In this document: piece after piece, positions 12,022 through 25,396 of the stretch
Position numbering within the stretch: the first letter of the stretch is position 1
Layout of the letters: every line of letters starts with the position of its first letter
Sequence record: OR757454.1
From: Escherichia phage BYEP02
Direction: 5' to 3' (one strand)
Length of the DNA stretch: 64,000 nt
Translations under genes and position numbers: made by a program
The notes under the pieces: generated by a model
The model's input: only the letters and a program-made list of their open reading frames with translations
What the model was told of the DNA's origin: nothing
Databases searched by the model: none

Positions 12022-12939
12022 ATGGATTTAGAAATGATGTTGGATGAAGATTACAAAGAAGGAATCTGCTTAATTGACTTTAGTCAAATTGCGCTTTCAA
12101 CTGCTCTGGTAAACTTCCCAGATAAAGAAAAAATTAATTTATCAATGGTTCGTCATTTGATATTGAACTCAATTAAGTTTAATGTCAAAAAAGCAAAAAC
12201 TCTTGGATACACTAAAATTGTATTGTGTATTGATAACGCGAAATCTGGATACTGGCGTCGTGATTTCGCTTATTACTATAAGAAAAACCGTGGAAAAGCA
12301 CGAGAAGAATCTACTTGGGACTGGGAAGGCTATTTTGAATCCAGCCATAAAGTTATAGATGAATTGAAAGCTTATATGCCATACATTGTTATGGATATTG
12401 ATAAGTATGAAGCAGATGACCACATTGCTGTTCTTGTTAAAAAGTTCTCTTTAGAAGGACATAAGATTTTAATCATTTCGTCGGATGGTGACTTTACTCA
12501 ACTTCACAAATACCCAAATGTTAAGCAATGGTCACCGATGCACAAGAAATGGGTTAAAATTAAAAGCGGTTCTGCTGAAATTGACTGTATGACTAAAATC
12601 CTTAAAGGCGATAAAAAAGATAACGTCGCTTCAGTTAAAGTACGATCTGACTTTTGGTTTACCAGAGTTGAAGGTGAACGAACTCCTTCAATGAAAACCT
12701 CTATTGTTGAAGCTATTGCTAATGACCGTGAGCAAGCTAAGGTGCTTCTCACAGAATCTGAATATAATCGTTATAAAGAAAATTTAGTTCTAATTGATTT
12801 TGATTATATTCCTGATAATATTGCTTCAAACATTGTGAATTACTATAATTCATATAAATTACCACCGCGTGGCAAAATTTATTCATATTTTGTAAAAGCG
12901 GGTCTTTCTAAATTAACTAATAGCATTAATGAATTTTGA
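12022..12939 (+). CDS. rnh: RNase H (5'-3' exonuclease / flap endonuclease)
   Basis: MDLEMMLDEDYKEGICLIDFSQIALS... 305 aa as T4 RNase H. Confidence 0.9.
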   Translation: MDLEMMLDEDYKEGICLIDFSQIALSTALVNFPDKEKINLSMVRHLILNSIKFNVKKAKTLGYTKIVLCIDNAKSGYWRRDFAYYYKKNRGKAREESTWDWEGYFESSHKVIDELKAYMPYIVMDIDKYEADDHIAVLVKKFSLEGHKILIISSDGDFTQLHKYPNVKQWSPMHKKWVKIKSGSAEIDCMTKILKGDKKDNVASVKVRSDFWFTRVEGERTPSMKTSIVEAIANDREQAKVLLTESEYNRYKENLVLIDFDYIPDNIASNIVNYYNSYKLPPRGKIYSYFVKAGLSKLTNSINEF

Positions 12940-12947
12940 GGTGAATA

Positions 12948-13217
12948 ATGGCTAAAAAAGAAATGGTTGAATTTGATGAAGCTATCCATGGCGAAGACTT
13001 GGCTAAATTTATTAAAGAAGCATCTGATCATAAACTGAAAATTTCCGGTTATAATGAACTGATTAAAGATATTCGAATTCGTGCCAAAGATGAACTTGGC
13101 GTTGATGGCAAGATGTTTAATCGTCTATTAGCTTTGTATCATAAAGATAACCGTGATGTGTTTGAAGCTGAAACTGAAGAGGTAGTTGAACTTTATGACA
13201 CAGTTTTCTCTAAATGA
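12948..13217 (+). CDS. dsbA: DsbA dsDNA-binding protein (late transcription)
   Basis: 89 aa, position rnh-dsbA-33-59-32. Confidence 0.8.
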   Translation: MAKKEMVEFDEAIHGEDLAKFIKEASDHKLKISGYNELIKDIRIRAKDELGVDGKMFNRLLALYHKDNRDVFEAETEEVVELYDTVFSK

Positions 13218-13533
13218 TATTCGTCCGGTCGATGAGACCGGTCTTTCAGAAAAAGAACTTTCAATTAAGAAAGAAAAGGATGAAATTGCAAAGCTTCTTG
13301 ACCGTCAAGAAAATGGATTTATTATTGAAAAAATGGTAGAAGAGTTTGGAATGAGTTATCTTGAAGCTACGACAGCATTCTTGGAAGAAAATTCTATTCC
13401 TGAAACTCAATTTGCTAAATTTATTCCTTCGGGTATAATTGAAAAAATTCAGTCAGAAGCTATCGACGAAAATCTTTTACGTCCTTCTGTTGTTCGTTGT
13501 GAAAAAACTAATACATTAGATTTTCTACTATGA
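13195..13533 (+). CDS. 33: gp33 late transcription co-activator
   Basis: MTQFSLNDIRPVDETGLSEKE..., 112 aa from ATG 13195. Confidence 0.75.
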   Translation: MTQFSLNDIRPVDETGLSEKELSIKKEKDEIAKLLDRQENGFIIEKMVEEFGMSYLEATTAFLEENSIPETQFAKFIPSGIIEKIQSEAIDENLLRPSVVRCEKTNTLDFLL

Positions 13534-14183
13534 TTAAACTCCGCATGCCTGCTGGTGGTGAAAGATACATTGATGGTAAATCAGTTTATAAATTATACTT
13601 AATGATAAAACAACATATGAATGGAAAGTATGATGTAATTAAGTATAATTGGTGCATGCGGGTGTCTGATGCCGCTTATCAAAAGCGAAGGGATAAGTAT
13701 TTTTTCCAGAAGTTATCAGAAAAATATAAATTAAAGGAACTTGCTTTAATCTTTATAAGCAATCTTGTTGCTAACCAAGATGCTTGGATTGGTGACATCT
13801 CTGACGCTGATGCACTTGTGTTTTATCGTGAATATATCGGACGCTTAAAGCAAATTAAATTTAAGTTTGAAGAAGATATTCGCAATATTTATTATTTTAG
13901 TAAAAAAGTTGAAGTTTCTGCTTTTAAAGAAATCTTTGAGTATAATCCAAAAGTTCAATCAAGTTATATTTTTAAACTACTTCAATCGAATATAATTTCG
14001 TTTGAGACGTTTATCTTGCTTGATTCGTTTTTAAATATAATTGATAAACATGATGAACAGACTGATAATTTAGTCTGGAATAATTATTCTATAAAGTTAA
14101 AGGCTTATAGAAAAATTTTAAATATTGATTCACAGAAAGCTAAAAATGTTTTCATTGAAACTGTGAAATCTTGTAAGTATTAA
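13530..14183 (+). CDS. 59: gp59 helicase loader
   Basis: 217 aa MIKLRMPAGGERYIDGKSVYKLY... as T4 gp59. Confidence 0.8.
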   Translation: MIKLRMPAGGERYIDGKSVYKLYLMIKQHMNGKYDVIKYNWCMRVSDAAYQKRRDKYFFQKLSEKYKLKELALIFISNLVANQDAWIGDISDADALVFYREYIGRLKQIKFKFEEDIRNIYYFSKKVEVSAFKEIFEYNPKVQSSYIFKLLQSNIISFETFILLDSFLNIIDKHDEQTDNLVWNNYSIKLKAYRKILNIDSQKAKNVFIETVKSCKY

Positions 14184-14208
14184 TTGCTTATTATAAATAG
14201 ATTATAAT
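14184..14208 (+). promoter_or_regulatory. MotA-box middle-promoter-like element (TTGCTTA, 12-bp spacer, TATAAT) overlapping a TATAAATA motif, upstream of gene 32
   Basis: sequence ATTGCTTATTATAAATAGATTATAAT; T4 middle promoter architecture from memory. Confidence 0.4.
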
Positions 14209-14216
14209 TATCTCAC

Positions 14217-14248
14217 TGACCAGCTATGAGGTCATACATCGTCATAGC
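14217..14248 (+). promoter_or_regulatory. gene 32 mRNA leader pseudoknot (translational autoregulation site)
   Basis: TGACC-AGCTATGA-GGTCA-TACATC-GTCATAGC: two interleaved stems, followed by A/U-rich tract to the ATG at 14283. Confidence 0.55.
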
Positions 14249-14282
14249 ACCAACTGTTAATTAAATTAAAAAGGAAATAAAA

Positions 14283-15268
14283 ATGTTTAAACGTAAATCT
14301 ACTGCTGAACTCGCTGCACAAATGGCTAAACTGGCTGGAAATAAAGGTGGTTTTTCTTCTGAAGATAAAGGCGAGTGGAAACTGAAACTCGACAATGCGG
14401 GTAACGGTCAAGCAGTAATTCGTTTTCTTCCGTCTAAAAATGATGAACAAGCACCATTCGCACTTCTTGTAAATCACGGTTTCAAGAAAAATGGTAAATG
14501 GTATATCGAAACATGCTCATCTACCTACGGTGATTACGATTCTTGTCCAGTATGTCAGTACATCAGTAAAAATGATTTGTACAACACTGACAATAAAGAG
14601 TACAGTCTTGTTAAACGTAAAACTTCTTACTGGGCTAACATTCTTGTAGTAAAAGACCCAGCTGCTCCAGAAAATGAAGGTAAAGTATTTAAATACCGTT
14701 TCGGTAAGAAAATCTGGGATAAAATCAATGCAATGATTGCAGTTGATGTTGAAATGGGTGAAACTCCAAATACCGTTTCGGTAAGAAAATCTGGGATAAA
14801 ATCAATGCAATGATTGCAGTTGATGTTGAAATGGGTGAAACTCCGGTTGATGTAACTTGTCCGTGGGAAGGTGCTAACTTTGTACTGAAAGTTAAACAAG
14901 TTTCTGGTTTTAGTAACTACGACGAATCTAAATTCCTGAATCAATCTGCGATTCCAAACATTGATGATGAATCTTTCCAAAAAGAACTGTTCGAACAAAT
15001 GGTTGACCTTTCTGAAATGACTTCTAAAGATAAATTCAAATCGTTTGAAGAACTGAGCACTAAGTTCAGTCAAGTTATGGGAACTGCTGCTATGGGTGGT
15101 GCCGCAGCAACTGCTGCTAAGAAAGCTGATAAAGTTGCTGATGATTTGGATGCATTCAATGTTGATGACTTCAAAACAAAAACTGAAGATGATTTTATGA
15201 GCTCAAGCTCTGGCAGTTCATCTAGTGCTGATGACACGGACCTGGATGACCTTTTGAATGACCTTTAA
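14283..15268 (+). CDS. 32: gp32 single-stranded DNA-binding protein, frame broken by 77-bp duplication (14691-14844)
   Basis: [45 protein letters not shown]...; acidic C-tail ...[12 protein letters not shown]. Confidence 0.9.
14691..14844. repeat. 77-bp direct tandem duplication inside gene 32
   Basis: copies 14691-14767 and 14768-14844; identical. Confidence 0.9.
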
Positions 15269-15382
15269 TAGATTATATTACTAATTAATTGGGGACCCTA
15301 GAGGTTGATGACACGGACCTGGATGACCTTTTGAATGACCTTTAATAGATTATATTACTAATTAATTGGGGACCCTAGAGGT
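15229..15382. repeat. 77-bp direct tandem duplication spanning gene 32 3' end and terminator stem
   Basis: copies 15229-15305 and 15306-15382; identical; first copy carries a truncated hairpin. Confidence 0.9.
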
Positions 15383-15392
15383 CCCCTTTTTT
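15368..15392 (+). terminator. rho-independent terminator after gene 32
   Basis: GGGGACCCTAGAGGTCCCC followed by TTTTTT. Confidence 0.6.
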
Positions 15393-15417
15393 ATTTCAAA
15401 AATTTTTTCACAAAACG

Positions 15418-15447
15418 GTTTACAAGCATAAAGCTTTATGGTACTAT
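15418..15447 (+). promoter_or_regulatory. early-type promoter (GTTTAC, 18 bp, TACTAT)
   Basis: GTTTACAAGCATAAAGCTTTATGGTACTAT upstream of ORF 15491. Confidence 0.35.
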
Positions 15448-15490
15448 ACAACTATCGGCAATACTGCTGATGATTAAAGAGGAAAACAAT

Positions 15491-15721
15491 ATGGCTAAAG
15501 TTGATATTGACATCGTTGATTTTGAATATATTGAAGAAATTATTCGTAATCGTTATCCTGAACTTAGTATCACAAGTATTCATGATGATCCCAATTATTG
15601 CAATTTTTCTATTGTTATTGAAGGTCCTTTAGAAGTTCTTGAACGATTTATGGCTAATGAATACTGTGATGGTATGGATGCTGAAGATGCAGAATTTTAC
15701 ATGGGATTGATTGAACAGTAA
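15491..15721 (+). CDS. hypothetical small early protein
   Basis: ATG 15491 with AAGAGGA SD; ORF track 15470..15721. Confidence 0.4.
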   Translation: MAKVDIDIVDFEYIEEIIRNRYPELSITSIHDDPNYCNFSIVIEGPLEVLERFMANEYCDGMDAEDAEFYMGLIEQ

Positions 15722-15765
15722 TTATCGAGGGGCTATCAAGCCCCTATTAAAATGAGGAAAACATA

Positions 15766-16128
15766 ATGTATATTGATAAAAAGTACGAACTTGTTCCAAG
15801 ACTTATTGATACATTTATTAATTATCGCCCGCGTTCTAATTCATTAATAGTTAAAGCTATTCAAGAAAATGGCGGATGGTTTGAAGTTAAAGAAGTTTTC
15901 TTTGCTGATGAATTTAAAGTAGTAAAACACGTAGAATGCGCCAATGGAAAGCATTTTTACTTCAACGTCTGCGAAGATGAATTTCATTGTTTTCGTGAGT
16001 ATAAAGAACCGACTTCTGAAGATGAAATAGAAGACAAGGTTTCTGGCGTAACAAAAATTCACTGCATTGTTGACGAAAACAATGTAGATGAAATCATTGA
16101 ACTTTTGCGAAAAACTTTCAAAAAGTAG
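15766..16128 (+). CDS. hypothetical early protein (120 aa)
   Basis: ORF track; no motif recognised. Confidence 0.4.
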   Translation: MYIDKKYELVPRLIDTFINYRPRSNSLIVKAIQENGGWFEVKEVFFADEFKVVKHVECANGKHFYFNVCEDEFHCFREYKEPTSEDEIEDKVSGVTKIHCIVDENNVDEIIELLRKTFKK

Positions 16129-16157
16129 TTTACAGAAGGGTAGTAGTGTGATACTAT
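16128..16157 (+). promoter_or_regulatory. early-type promoter (GTTTAC, 18 bp, TACTAT)
   Basis: GTTTACAGAAGGGTAGTAGTGTGATACTAT upstream of ORF 16267. Confidence 0.35.
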
Positions 16158-16266
16158 TACCCTATCAAAACTAATGGAGAAAAGAAAATGTTCGCACCTT
16201 ATATTATGGCAGCAGTTATGTTGGTCTGTTTATATCTTTTGATTAAAGCTTGCTAAGGAGAATAAA

Positions 16267-16509
16267 ATGAGATTACAACGCCAGAGCATCAAAGATTCAG
16301 AAGTTAGAGGTAAATGGTATTTTAATATCATCGGTAAAGATTCTGAGCTTGTTGAAAAAGCTGAACACCTTTTACGCGATATGGGGTGGGAAGATGAATG
16401 CGATGGATGTCCTCTTTATGAAGACGGAGAAAGCGCAGGATTTTGGATTTATCACTCTGACGTCGATCAGTTTAAAGCTGATTGGAAAATTGTGAAAAAG
16501 TCTATTTGA
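16267..16509 (+). CDS. hypothetical early protein (80 aa)
   Basis: ORF track. Confidence 0.4.
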   Translation: MRLQRQSIKDSEVRGKWYFNIIGKDSELVEKAEHLLRDMGWEDECDGCPLYEDGESAGFWIYHSDVDQFKADWKIVKKSI

Positions 16510-16519
16510 GGAAAATATT

Positions 16520-16852
16520 ATGTCTGACATTCATGTAACTGGAATTTCACAAGTAAATATTCGCTGCCAATTTAAAACTGTACCCGGGGTGACTCATATT
16601 ACTTTATCACACGACCCATATTCTCGTGGAAGACAGTTAACTGGTGTAATTAAGTTTTTCGGTGGAATTGGTGGTAATGAATTTACTATAGGCGATGACG
16701 AAATTGTTGGCTGTAAATTAAAAGTTCAGAAGGGCGTGTTAGAACTTTTTAGTGATGAAGTTTTTGATGAAATCTCACGAGCAGTTAACAAAGGAATGTT
16801 AACGTTAATTAAAATGATTAAAGCTAGCGGATATGTTCCTGATCCTTTTTAA
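16520..16852 (+). CDS. hypothetical early protein (110 aa)
   Basis: ORF track. Confidence 0.4.
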   Translation: MSDIHVTGISQVNIRCQFKTVPGVTHITLSHDPYSRGRQLTGVIKFFGGIGGNEFTIGDDEIVGCKLKVQKGVLELFSDEVFDEISRAVNKGMLTLIKMIKASGYVPDPF

Positions 16853-16863
16853 TAGGAGATAAT

Positions 16864-18137
<1,274 letters not shown>

Positions 18138-18182
18138 TTATTTAGCTTCATAAAATGTATTATAATTTATATAAGGTACTAA

Positions 18183-19043
18183 ATGAAACAATACCAAGAT
18201 TTAATTAAAGACATTTTTGAAAATGGCTATGAAACCGATGACCGAACAGGCACAGGAACAATTGCTTTGTTCGGTACTAAATTGCGTTGGGATTTAACAA
18301 AAGGTTTTCCTGCAGTAACAACTAAAAAGCTCGCCTGGAATGCATGCATTGCTGAGCTTCTATGGTTTATTTCCGGTTCTACCAATGTTAATGATTTACG
18401 TCTTCTTACTCACGGTAGTCTTATTCAAGGTAAAACTATCTGGGATGACAATTATGAAAACCAAGCTAAAGACCTAGGATATCATAGTGGTGAACTTGGT
18501 CCTATATACGGTAAACAATGGCGTGATTTCGGTGGTGTGGATCAATTAGTTGAAACTATTGATCGTATTAAAAAATTACCAACTGATCGACGTCAAATCG
18601 TTTCAGCATGGAATCCAGCTGAAATCAATCAAATGGCATTACCGCCCTGTCATATGTTCTATCAGTTTAATGTGCGTAATGGTTATCTTGATTTACAATG
18701 GTACCAAAGAAGTGTAGATGTTTTCTTGGGATTGCCATTCAACATTGCCTCGTACGCTGCCTTGACGCATATTGTGGCTAAGATGTGTAATCTTATCCCA
18801 GGAGATTTGATATTTTCTGGCGGTAATACTCACATCTATATGAATCATACTGCACAATGTAAAGAAATTTTACGTCGTGAGCCTAAAGAACTATGTGAAC
18901 TTAAAATTGATTGGCCTATAGAGTTTGGAAATTGTGACACCGAAACACAGCTTTACTGGTTAACTGAATACATGAAACCGAAAGATTTTATCCTTGAAAA
19001 TTATGAATCGCATCCAGCAATTAAAGGGAAAATGGCAATATGA
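18183..19043 (+). CDS. td: thymidylate synthase, intronless
   Basis: continuous 286-aa [29 protein letters not shown]...PPCHMFYQF...; no intron interruption. Confidence 0.9.
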   Translation: MKQYQDLIKDIFENGYETDDRTGTGTIALFGTKLRWDLTKGFPAVTTKKLAWNACIAELLWFISGSTNVNDLRLLTHGSLIQGKTIWDDNYENQAKDLGYHSGELGPIYGKQWRDFGGVDQLVETIDRIKKLPTDRRQIVSAWNPAEINQMALPPCHMFYQFNVRNGYLDLQWYQRSVDVFLGLPFNIASYAALTHIVAKMCNLIPGDLIFSGGNTHIYMNHTAQCKEILRREPKELCELKIDWPIEFGNCDTETQLYWLTEYMKPKDFILENYESHPAIKGKMAI

Positions 19044-19303
19044 TTTTACGATTTAAAGATACTTCTGGCGTTGTTCTTTTTACACTTCCTAACCCAAGCG
19101 AGTTAGAAGTTCCAGGACCAGAACAGCCTATTATCATTTATGGTAAAAAATACTATACTCATACAATGACTCGTGAATATTTTGACAATAAAATTTCCAC
19201 AGTTAAAACTTCTTCTGACTGTTACTACGATATTACTGTATTAACGGAAAAACAATATGCCGAATCATCACCGCGCTGGCCGTCTATGTCGGGTAGTGAA
19301 TAA
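19040..19303 (+). CDS. hypothetical protein (87 aa)
   Basis: ATG overlaps td stop (ATGA); no motif recognised. Confidence 0.4.
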   Translation: MILRFKDTSGVVLFTLPNPSELEVPGPEQPIIIYGKKYYTHTMTREYFDNKISTVKTSSDCYYDITVLTEKQYAESSPRWPSMSGSE

Positions 19304-19583
19304 ATACAAATCCGACTTTGATGTTAATATTCACCGCGGTACATTTTGGGGAAATTACGTCGGTAAAGATGCTGGCAGCCGGGAGGCTGCCATTGAATTA
19401 TTCAAAAAAGATTTTATACGTCGAATTAAATCCGGAGAAATAACTAAAGCACATTTAGAGCCTTTACGTGGAATGAGGCTAGGATGCACATGTAAACCAA
19501 AGCCGTGTCATGGTGATATAATAGCTCATATAGTTAACCGATTGTTTAAAGACGATTTTCAAGTTGAGGACTTATGCAATTAA
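19257..19583 (+). CDS. DUF4326-like small protein
   Basis: 108 aa with [13 protein letters not shown]... and C-terminal [12 protein letters not shown] motif resembling DUF4326 as recalled; not verified by search. Confidence 0.45.
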   Translation: MPNHHRAGRLCRVVNKYKSDFDVNIHRGTFWGNYVGKDAGSREAAIELFKKDFIRRIKSGEITKAHLEPLRGMRLGCTCKPKPCHGDIIAHIVNRLFKDDFQVEDLCN

Positions 19584-21992
19584 TTAATGTTATCAAAAGT
19601 AGTGGTGTTTCTCAGAGCTTTGACCCACAAAAAATTATTAAAGTTTTATCTTGGGCAGCTGAAGGAACATCTGTAGATCCTTATGAATTATATGAAAATA
19701 TTAAATCATATCTCCGTGATGGAATGACCACTGATGACATTCAGACTATTGTCATTAAGGCTGCTGCGAATTCTATTTCAGTTGAAGAGCCTGATTATCA
19801 ATACGTAGCTGCACGCTGTTTAATGTTTGCTCTTCGTAAACATGTTTACGGACAGTATGAACCACGTTCATTTATTGACCATATTTCTTACTGTGTAAAT
19901 GAAGGTAAATACGACCCTGAACTGTTGTCAAAATATTCAGCAGAAGAAATTACATTTTTAGAATCAAAAATTAAGCACGAGCGGGATATGGAATTTACTT
20001 ATTCCGGGGCGATGCAATTAAAAGAAAAATATCTAGTTAAAGATAAAACCACTGGTCAAATTTATGAAACTCCACAGTTTGCATTTATGTGCAATTAAAA
20101 GAAAAATATCTAGTTAAAGATAAAACCACTGGTCAAATTTATGAAACTCCACAGTTTGCATTTATGACTATTGGAATGGCATTGCATCAAGATGAACCTG
20201 TTGATAGATTAAAACATGTTATTCGTTTTTATGAAGCAGTATCTACTCGACAGATTTCATTGCCAACTCCTATTATGGCTGGTTGCCGTACTCCGACTCG
20301 ACAGTTTAGTTCATGCGTTGTTATTGAAGCTGGTGATTCATTGAAGTCAATTAATAAAGCTTCTGCTTCAATTGTTGAATATATTTCTAAACGCGCTGGA
20401 ATTGGAATTAACGTAGGTATGATTCGTGCTGAAGGTTCTAAGATTGGCATGGGTGAAGTACGCCATACTGGTGTTATTCCTTTTTGGAAACATTTTCAGA
20501 CTGCAGTTAAATCATGTTCACAGGGTGGAATTCGTGGCGGCGCTGCTACTGCTTATTATCCTATTTGGCATTTGGAAGTTGAAAATCTTCTCGTTTTGAA
20601 AAATAACAAAGGCGTAGAAGAAAACCGCATTCGTCATATGGATTATGGTGTTCAGCTGAATGATTTGATGATGGAACGATTCGGAAAGAACGATTACATT
20701 ACTTTGTTCAGTCCGCATGAAATGGGTGGCGAGCTTTATTATTCTTATTTTAAAGACCAAGACCGTTTCCGTGAATTATACGAAGCAGCAGAAAAAGACC
20801 CTAATATTCGTAAAAAGCGTATTAAAGCCCGTGAACTATTTGAATTGCTCATGACTGAACGTTCAGGAACAGCAAGGATTTATGTGCAGTTCATTGATAA
20901 TACGAATAACTATACTCCGTTTATTCGTGAAAAGGCACCTATTCGTCAGAGTAACTTGTGCTGTGAAATTGCTATTCCAACAAATGATGTGAATAGTCCT
21001 GATGCTGAAATTGGATTGTGTACTCTCTCTGCATTCGTACTGGATAATTTTGACTGGCAAGACCAAGATAAAATTAATGAATTGGCAGAAGTTCAAGTTC
21101 GTGCTCTTGATAATCTTTTGGATTACCAAGGATATCCAGTTCCTGAAGCAGAAAAAGCTAAAAAGCGTCGAAACCTTGGTGTAGGTGTTACTAACTATGC
21201 AGCTTGGCTGGCAAGTAACTTTGCTTCTTATGAAGATGCTAACGATTTAACACATGAACTATTTGAGAGATTACAGTATGGACTCATTAAAGCATCCATT
21301 AAGCTCGCCAAAGAAAAAGGACCTTGCGAATATTATTCAGACACTCGTTGGTCTCGAGGCGAATTACCTATCGACTGGTACAATAAAAAGATTGACCAAA
21401 TCGCAGCTCCAAAATACGTTTGTGACTGGTCGGCGCTGCGGGAAGACCTTAAGCTCTTTGGCATCCGTAATAGCACATTATCAGCACTTATGCCATGTGA
21501 GTCATCTTCCCAAGTTTCTAACAGTACAAACGGTATCGAGCCTCCACGTGGACCAGTCTCTGTTAAAGAGTCAAAAGAGGGTTCCTTTAATCAAGTCGTG
21601 CCCAATATTGAACATAACATAGACCTATATGATTATACATGGAAATTTCAAAAGAGGGCTCCTTTAATCAAGTCGTGCCCAATATTGAGCATAACATAGA
21701 CCTTTACGACTATACATGGAAATTAGCTAAGAAAGGTAATAAACCTTATCTTACGCAGGTAGCTATTATGCTGAAATGGGTTTGTCAATCAGCTTCGGCG
21801 AATACATACTATGACCCCCAAATCTTCCCTAAAGGCAAGGTTCCAATGTCAATAATGATTGATGACCTTTTGTATTTTTGGTATTTTGGCGGAAAAAATT
21901 TCTATTATCATAATACCCGCGATGGTTCTGGTACTGATGATTATGAAATAGAAACTCCTAAAGCTGAAGATTGTTCATCCTGTAAATTATGA
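19574..21992 (+). CDS. nrdA: ribonucleotide reductase large subunit NrdA, frame broken by two 77-bp duplications
   Basis: [22 protein letters not shown]...; 2419 nt minus 154 = 754 aa + stop as T4 NrdA. Confidence 0.9.
20013..20166. repeat. 77-bp direct tandem duplication inside nrdA
   Basis: copies 20013-20089 and 20090-20166; identical. Confidence 0.9.
21571..21724. repeat. 77-bp direct tandem duplication inside nrdA (divergent copies)
   Basis: copies 21571-21647 and 21648-21724; about 5 mismatches. Confidence 0.9.
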
Positions 21993-22043
21993 TATAATTT
22001 GACTCATGGACGAGTCACCAACTATTAACTAAGCGGAAAATTT

Positions 22044-23213
22044 ATGAGCACAGTTTTTAATACAAATCCAGTTGATGTTTTAAAAGAACCTATGTTCTTC
22101 GGTTCAGGTCTTGGTATTGCGCGTTATGATATTCAACGCCATAAAGTTTTTGAAGATTTGACTGAAAAGCAATTATCATTTTTCTGGCGTCCTGAAGAAG
22201 TAAACTTGATGATGGATGCTGCACAATTTAATAAACTTCCTCAGTATCAACAGAATATTTTTACTAATAACCTGAAGTATCAATCACTTTTGGATAGCAT
22301 TCAGGGTCGCGCGCCATCTGCTGTACTTATGTCATTAATTTCAGACCCAAGCCTTGATACATGGGTTGCTACGTGGACTTTTAGTGAAACTATTCACAGC
22401 CGTTCATATACACATATCATGCGAAATCTTTATACTGATCCATCGAAGGTGTTTGATGAGATTGTATTAGATGAAGCTATTATGAAACGTGCTGAGTCCA
22501 TTGGGCGATATTACGATGATGTCTTGGTTAAAACCCGTGAATGGGAAAACGCTAAAGAAGAATACGAAGGAATTTTGTCTGAAGGTTGGCGCAAAGATGA
22601 ACTTGGTAAAGTCGTTGAATACGCCAAACGAGAGCTAATGAAATCTCTTTACCTCTGTTTGCACGTTATTAATGCCTTAGAAGCTATTCGTTTTTATGTA
22701 TCTTTCGCATGTACCTTTAACTTCCATAAGAACATGGAAATCATGGAAGGTAATGCCAAGATTATGAAGTTCATTGCACGTGATGAGCAGCTTCACCTTA
22801 AAGGCACCCAATATATTATTCGTCAACTTCAATCCGGTACTGATGGCGATGAATGGGTTAAAATTGCTCAAGAGTGTGAACAAGAAGCAGTTGATATTTT
22901 CATGGAAGTTAACCGCCAAGAAAAAGATTGGGCAGTTCATTTATTTAAAGATGGCGATGTTCCTGGATTAAATACAAATAGCATGTGGAGCTTTATTGAT
23001 TACTTAACTGTATCTCGTATGAAACAGTGCGGTCTTCCATGCCCAATTACTGATGCTCCGGTTAAACATCCGTATCCTTGGATTCGTGAATATCTTAATT
23101 CTGATAATGTTCAATCTGCACCACAAGAAGTAGAACTGTCATCTTACCTTGTAGCACAGATTGATAATGATGTTGATGATAAAGTTATGATGAGTTTTAA
23201 AAAATATTTTTAA
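22044..23213 (+). CDS. nrdB: ribonucleotide reductase small subunit NrdB, intronless
   Basis: continuous 389-aa ORF MSTVFNTNPVDVLKEPMFFGSGLGIARYD... Confidence 0.9.
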   Translation: MSTVFNTNPVDVLKEPMFFGSGLGIARYDIQRHKVFEDLTEKQLSFFWRPEEVNLMMDAAQFNKLPQYQQNIFTNNLKYQSLLDSIQGRAPSAVLMSLISDPSLDTWVATWTFSETIHSRSYTHIMRNLYTDPSKVFDEIVLDEAIMKRAESIGRYYDDVLVKTREWENAKEEYEGILSEGWRKDELGKVVEYAKRELMKSLYLCLHVINALEAIRFYVSFACTFNFHKNMEIMEGNAKIMKFIARDEQLHLKGTQYIIRQLQSGTDGDEWVKIAQECEQEAVDIFMEVNRQEKDWAVHLFKDGDVPGLNTNSMWSFIDYLTVSRMKQCGLPCPITDAPVKHPYPWIREYLNSDNVQSAPQEVELSSYLVAQIDNDVDDKVMMSFKKYF

Positions 23214-23217
23214 GGAG

Positions 23218-23240
23218 TGGGCCGCAAGGCCCATTTTATT
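23218..23240 (+). terminator. terminator-like hairpin after nrdB
   Basis: TGGGCCGCAAGGCCCA followed by TTTTATT, immediately before denA start. Confidence 0.45.
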
Positions 23241-24828
<1,588 letters not shown>

Positions 24829-24831
24829 GCT

Positions 24832-24885
24832 GTTTACAAGTCCCTCGTGTTGTGTTATAGTAGTCTTACTGACATAACATGAGGA
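24832..24885 (+). promoter_or_regulatory. 54-bp early promoter cassette (copy A), upstream of alc
   Basis: GTTTAC-18 bp-TATAGT then conserved leader; identical to 38973-39026. Confidence 0.5.
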
Positions 24886-24892
24886 CTTTATG

Positions 24893-25396
24893 ATGGATTT
24901 ACAACTTATTACTACTGAAATGGTCGTTGAAGCATATGGTGATACTACAGATGGGATTTCTGTATTCAAAGGAAATCGTCGAGTTGGATATATCACCGAT
25001 CTTAAGAAAGATTTAGCTAAGCAAGTCAAGCGGAAAACGACCATTAAAGAATATCGAAATCGTCGTCTTGAGCAAGCCCGTGATATGCTTCCTGATGCGG
25101 TTGAAGAGATGAAAGTCTTTTTAGAAAATCAACTCGCTAAGTATGATTGTGATGTGTTCATTAATCAGACTCAACCTAATGTTCATATCAATAATTGTAA
25201 ATGCTACATCATCGTTAATCCTTTGACGGGAAAACATCGCCTTGGAATCAGTAATCCAAATCGTAGCGCATCAGATATGGCAGAAGATGTTGAGGCATGC
25301 TTTAAAATTTCTAAATCTCCTGCTGAACATCATATTTTAATTAACGGTCTTTCTCAAGACGATATTGTAGAGGTTATTAAAACTTTATGCAATTAA
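24893..25396 (+). CDS. alc: Alc, inhibitor of host transcription on cytosine DNA
   Basis: 167 aa from MDLQLITTEMVVEAYGD...; position rnlA-alc. Confidence 0.8.
   Translation: MDLQLITTEMVVEAYGDTTDGISVFKGNRRVGYITDLKKDLAKQVKRKTTIKEYRNRRLEQARDMLPDAVEEMKVFLENQLAKYDCDVFINQTQPNVHINNCKCYIIVNPLTGKHRLGISNPNRSASDMAEDVEACFKISKSPAEHHILINGLSQDDIVEVIKTLCN

Noticed and set aside
18183-19043. Group I intron with homing endonuclease inside td
   Set aside because: td is a single uninterrupted 286-aa ORF; no intervening sequence or endonuclease ORF.
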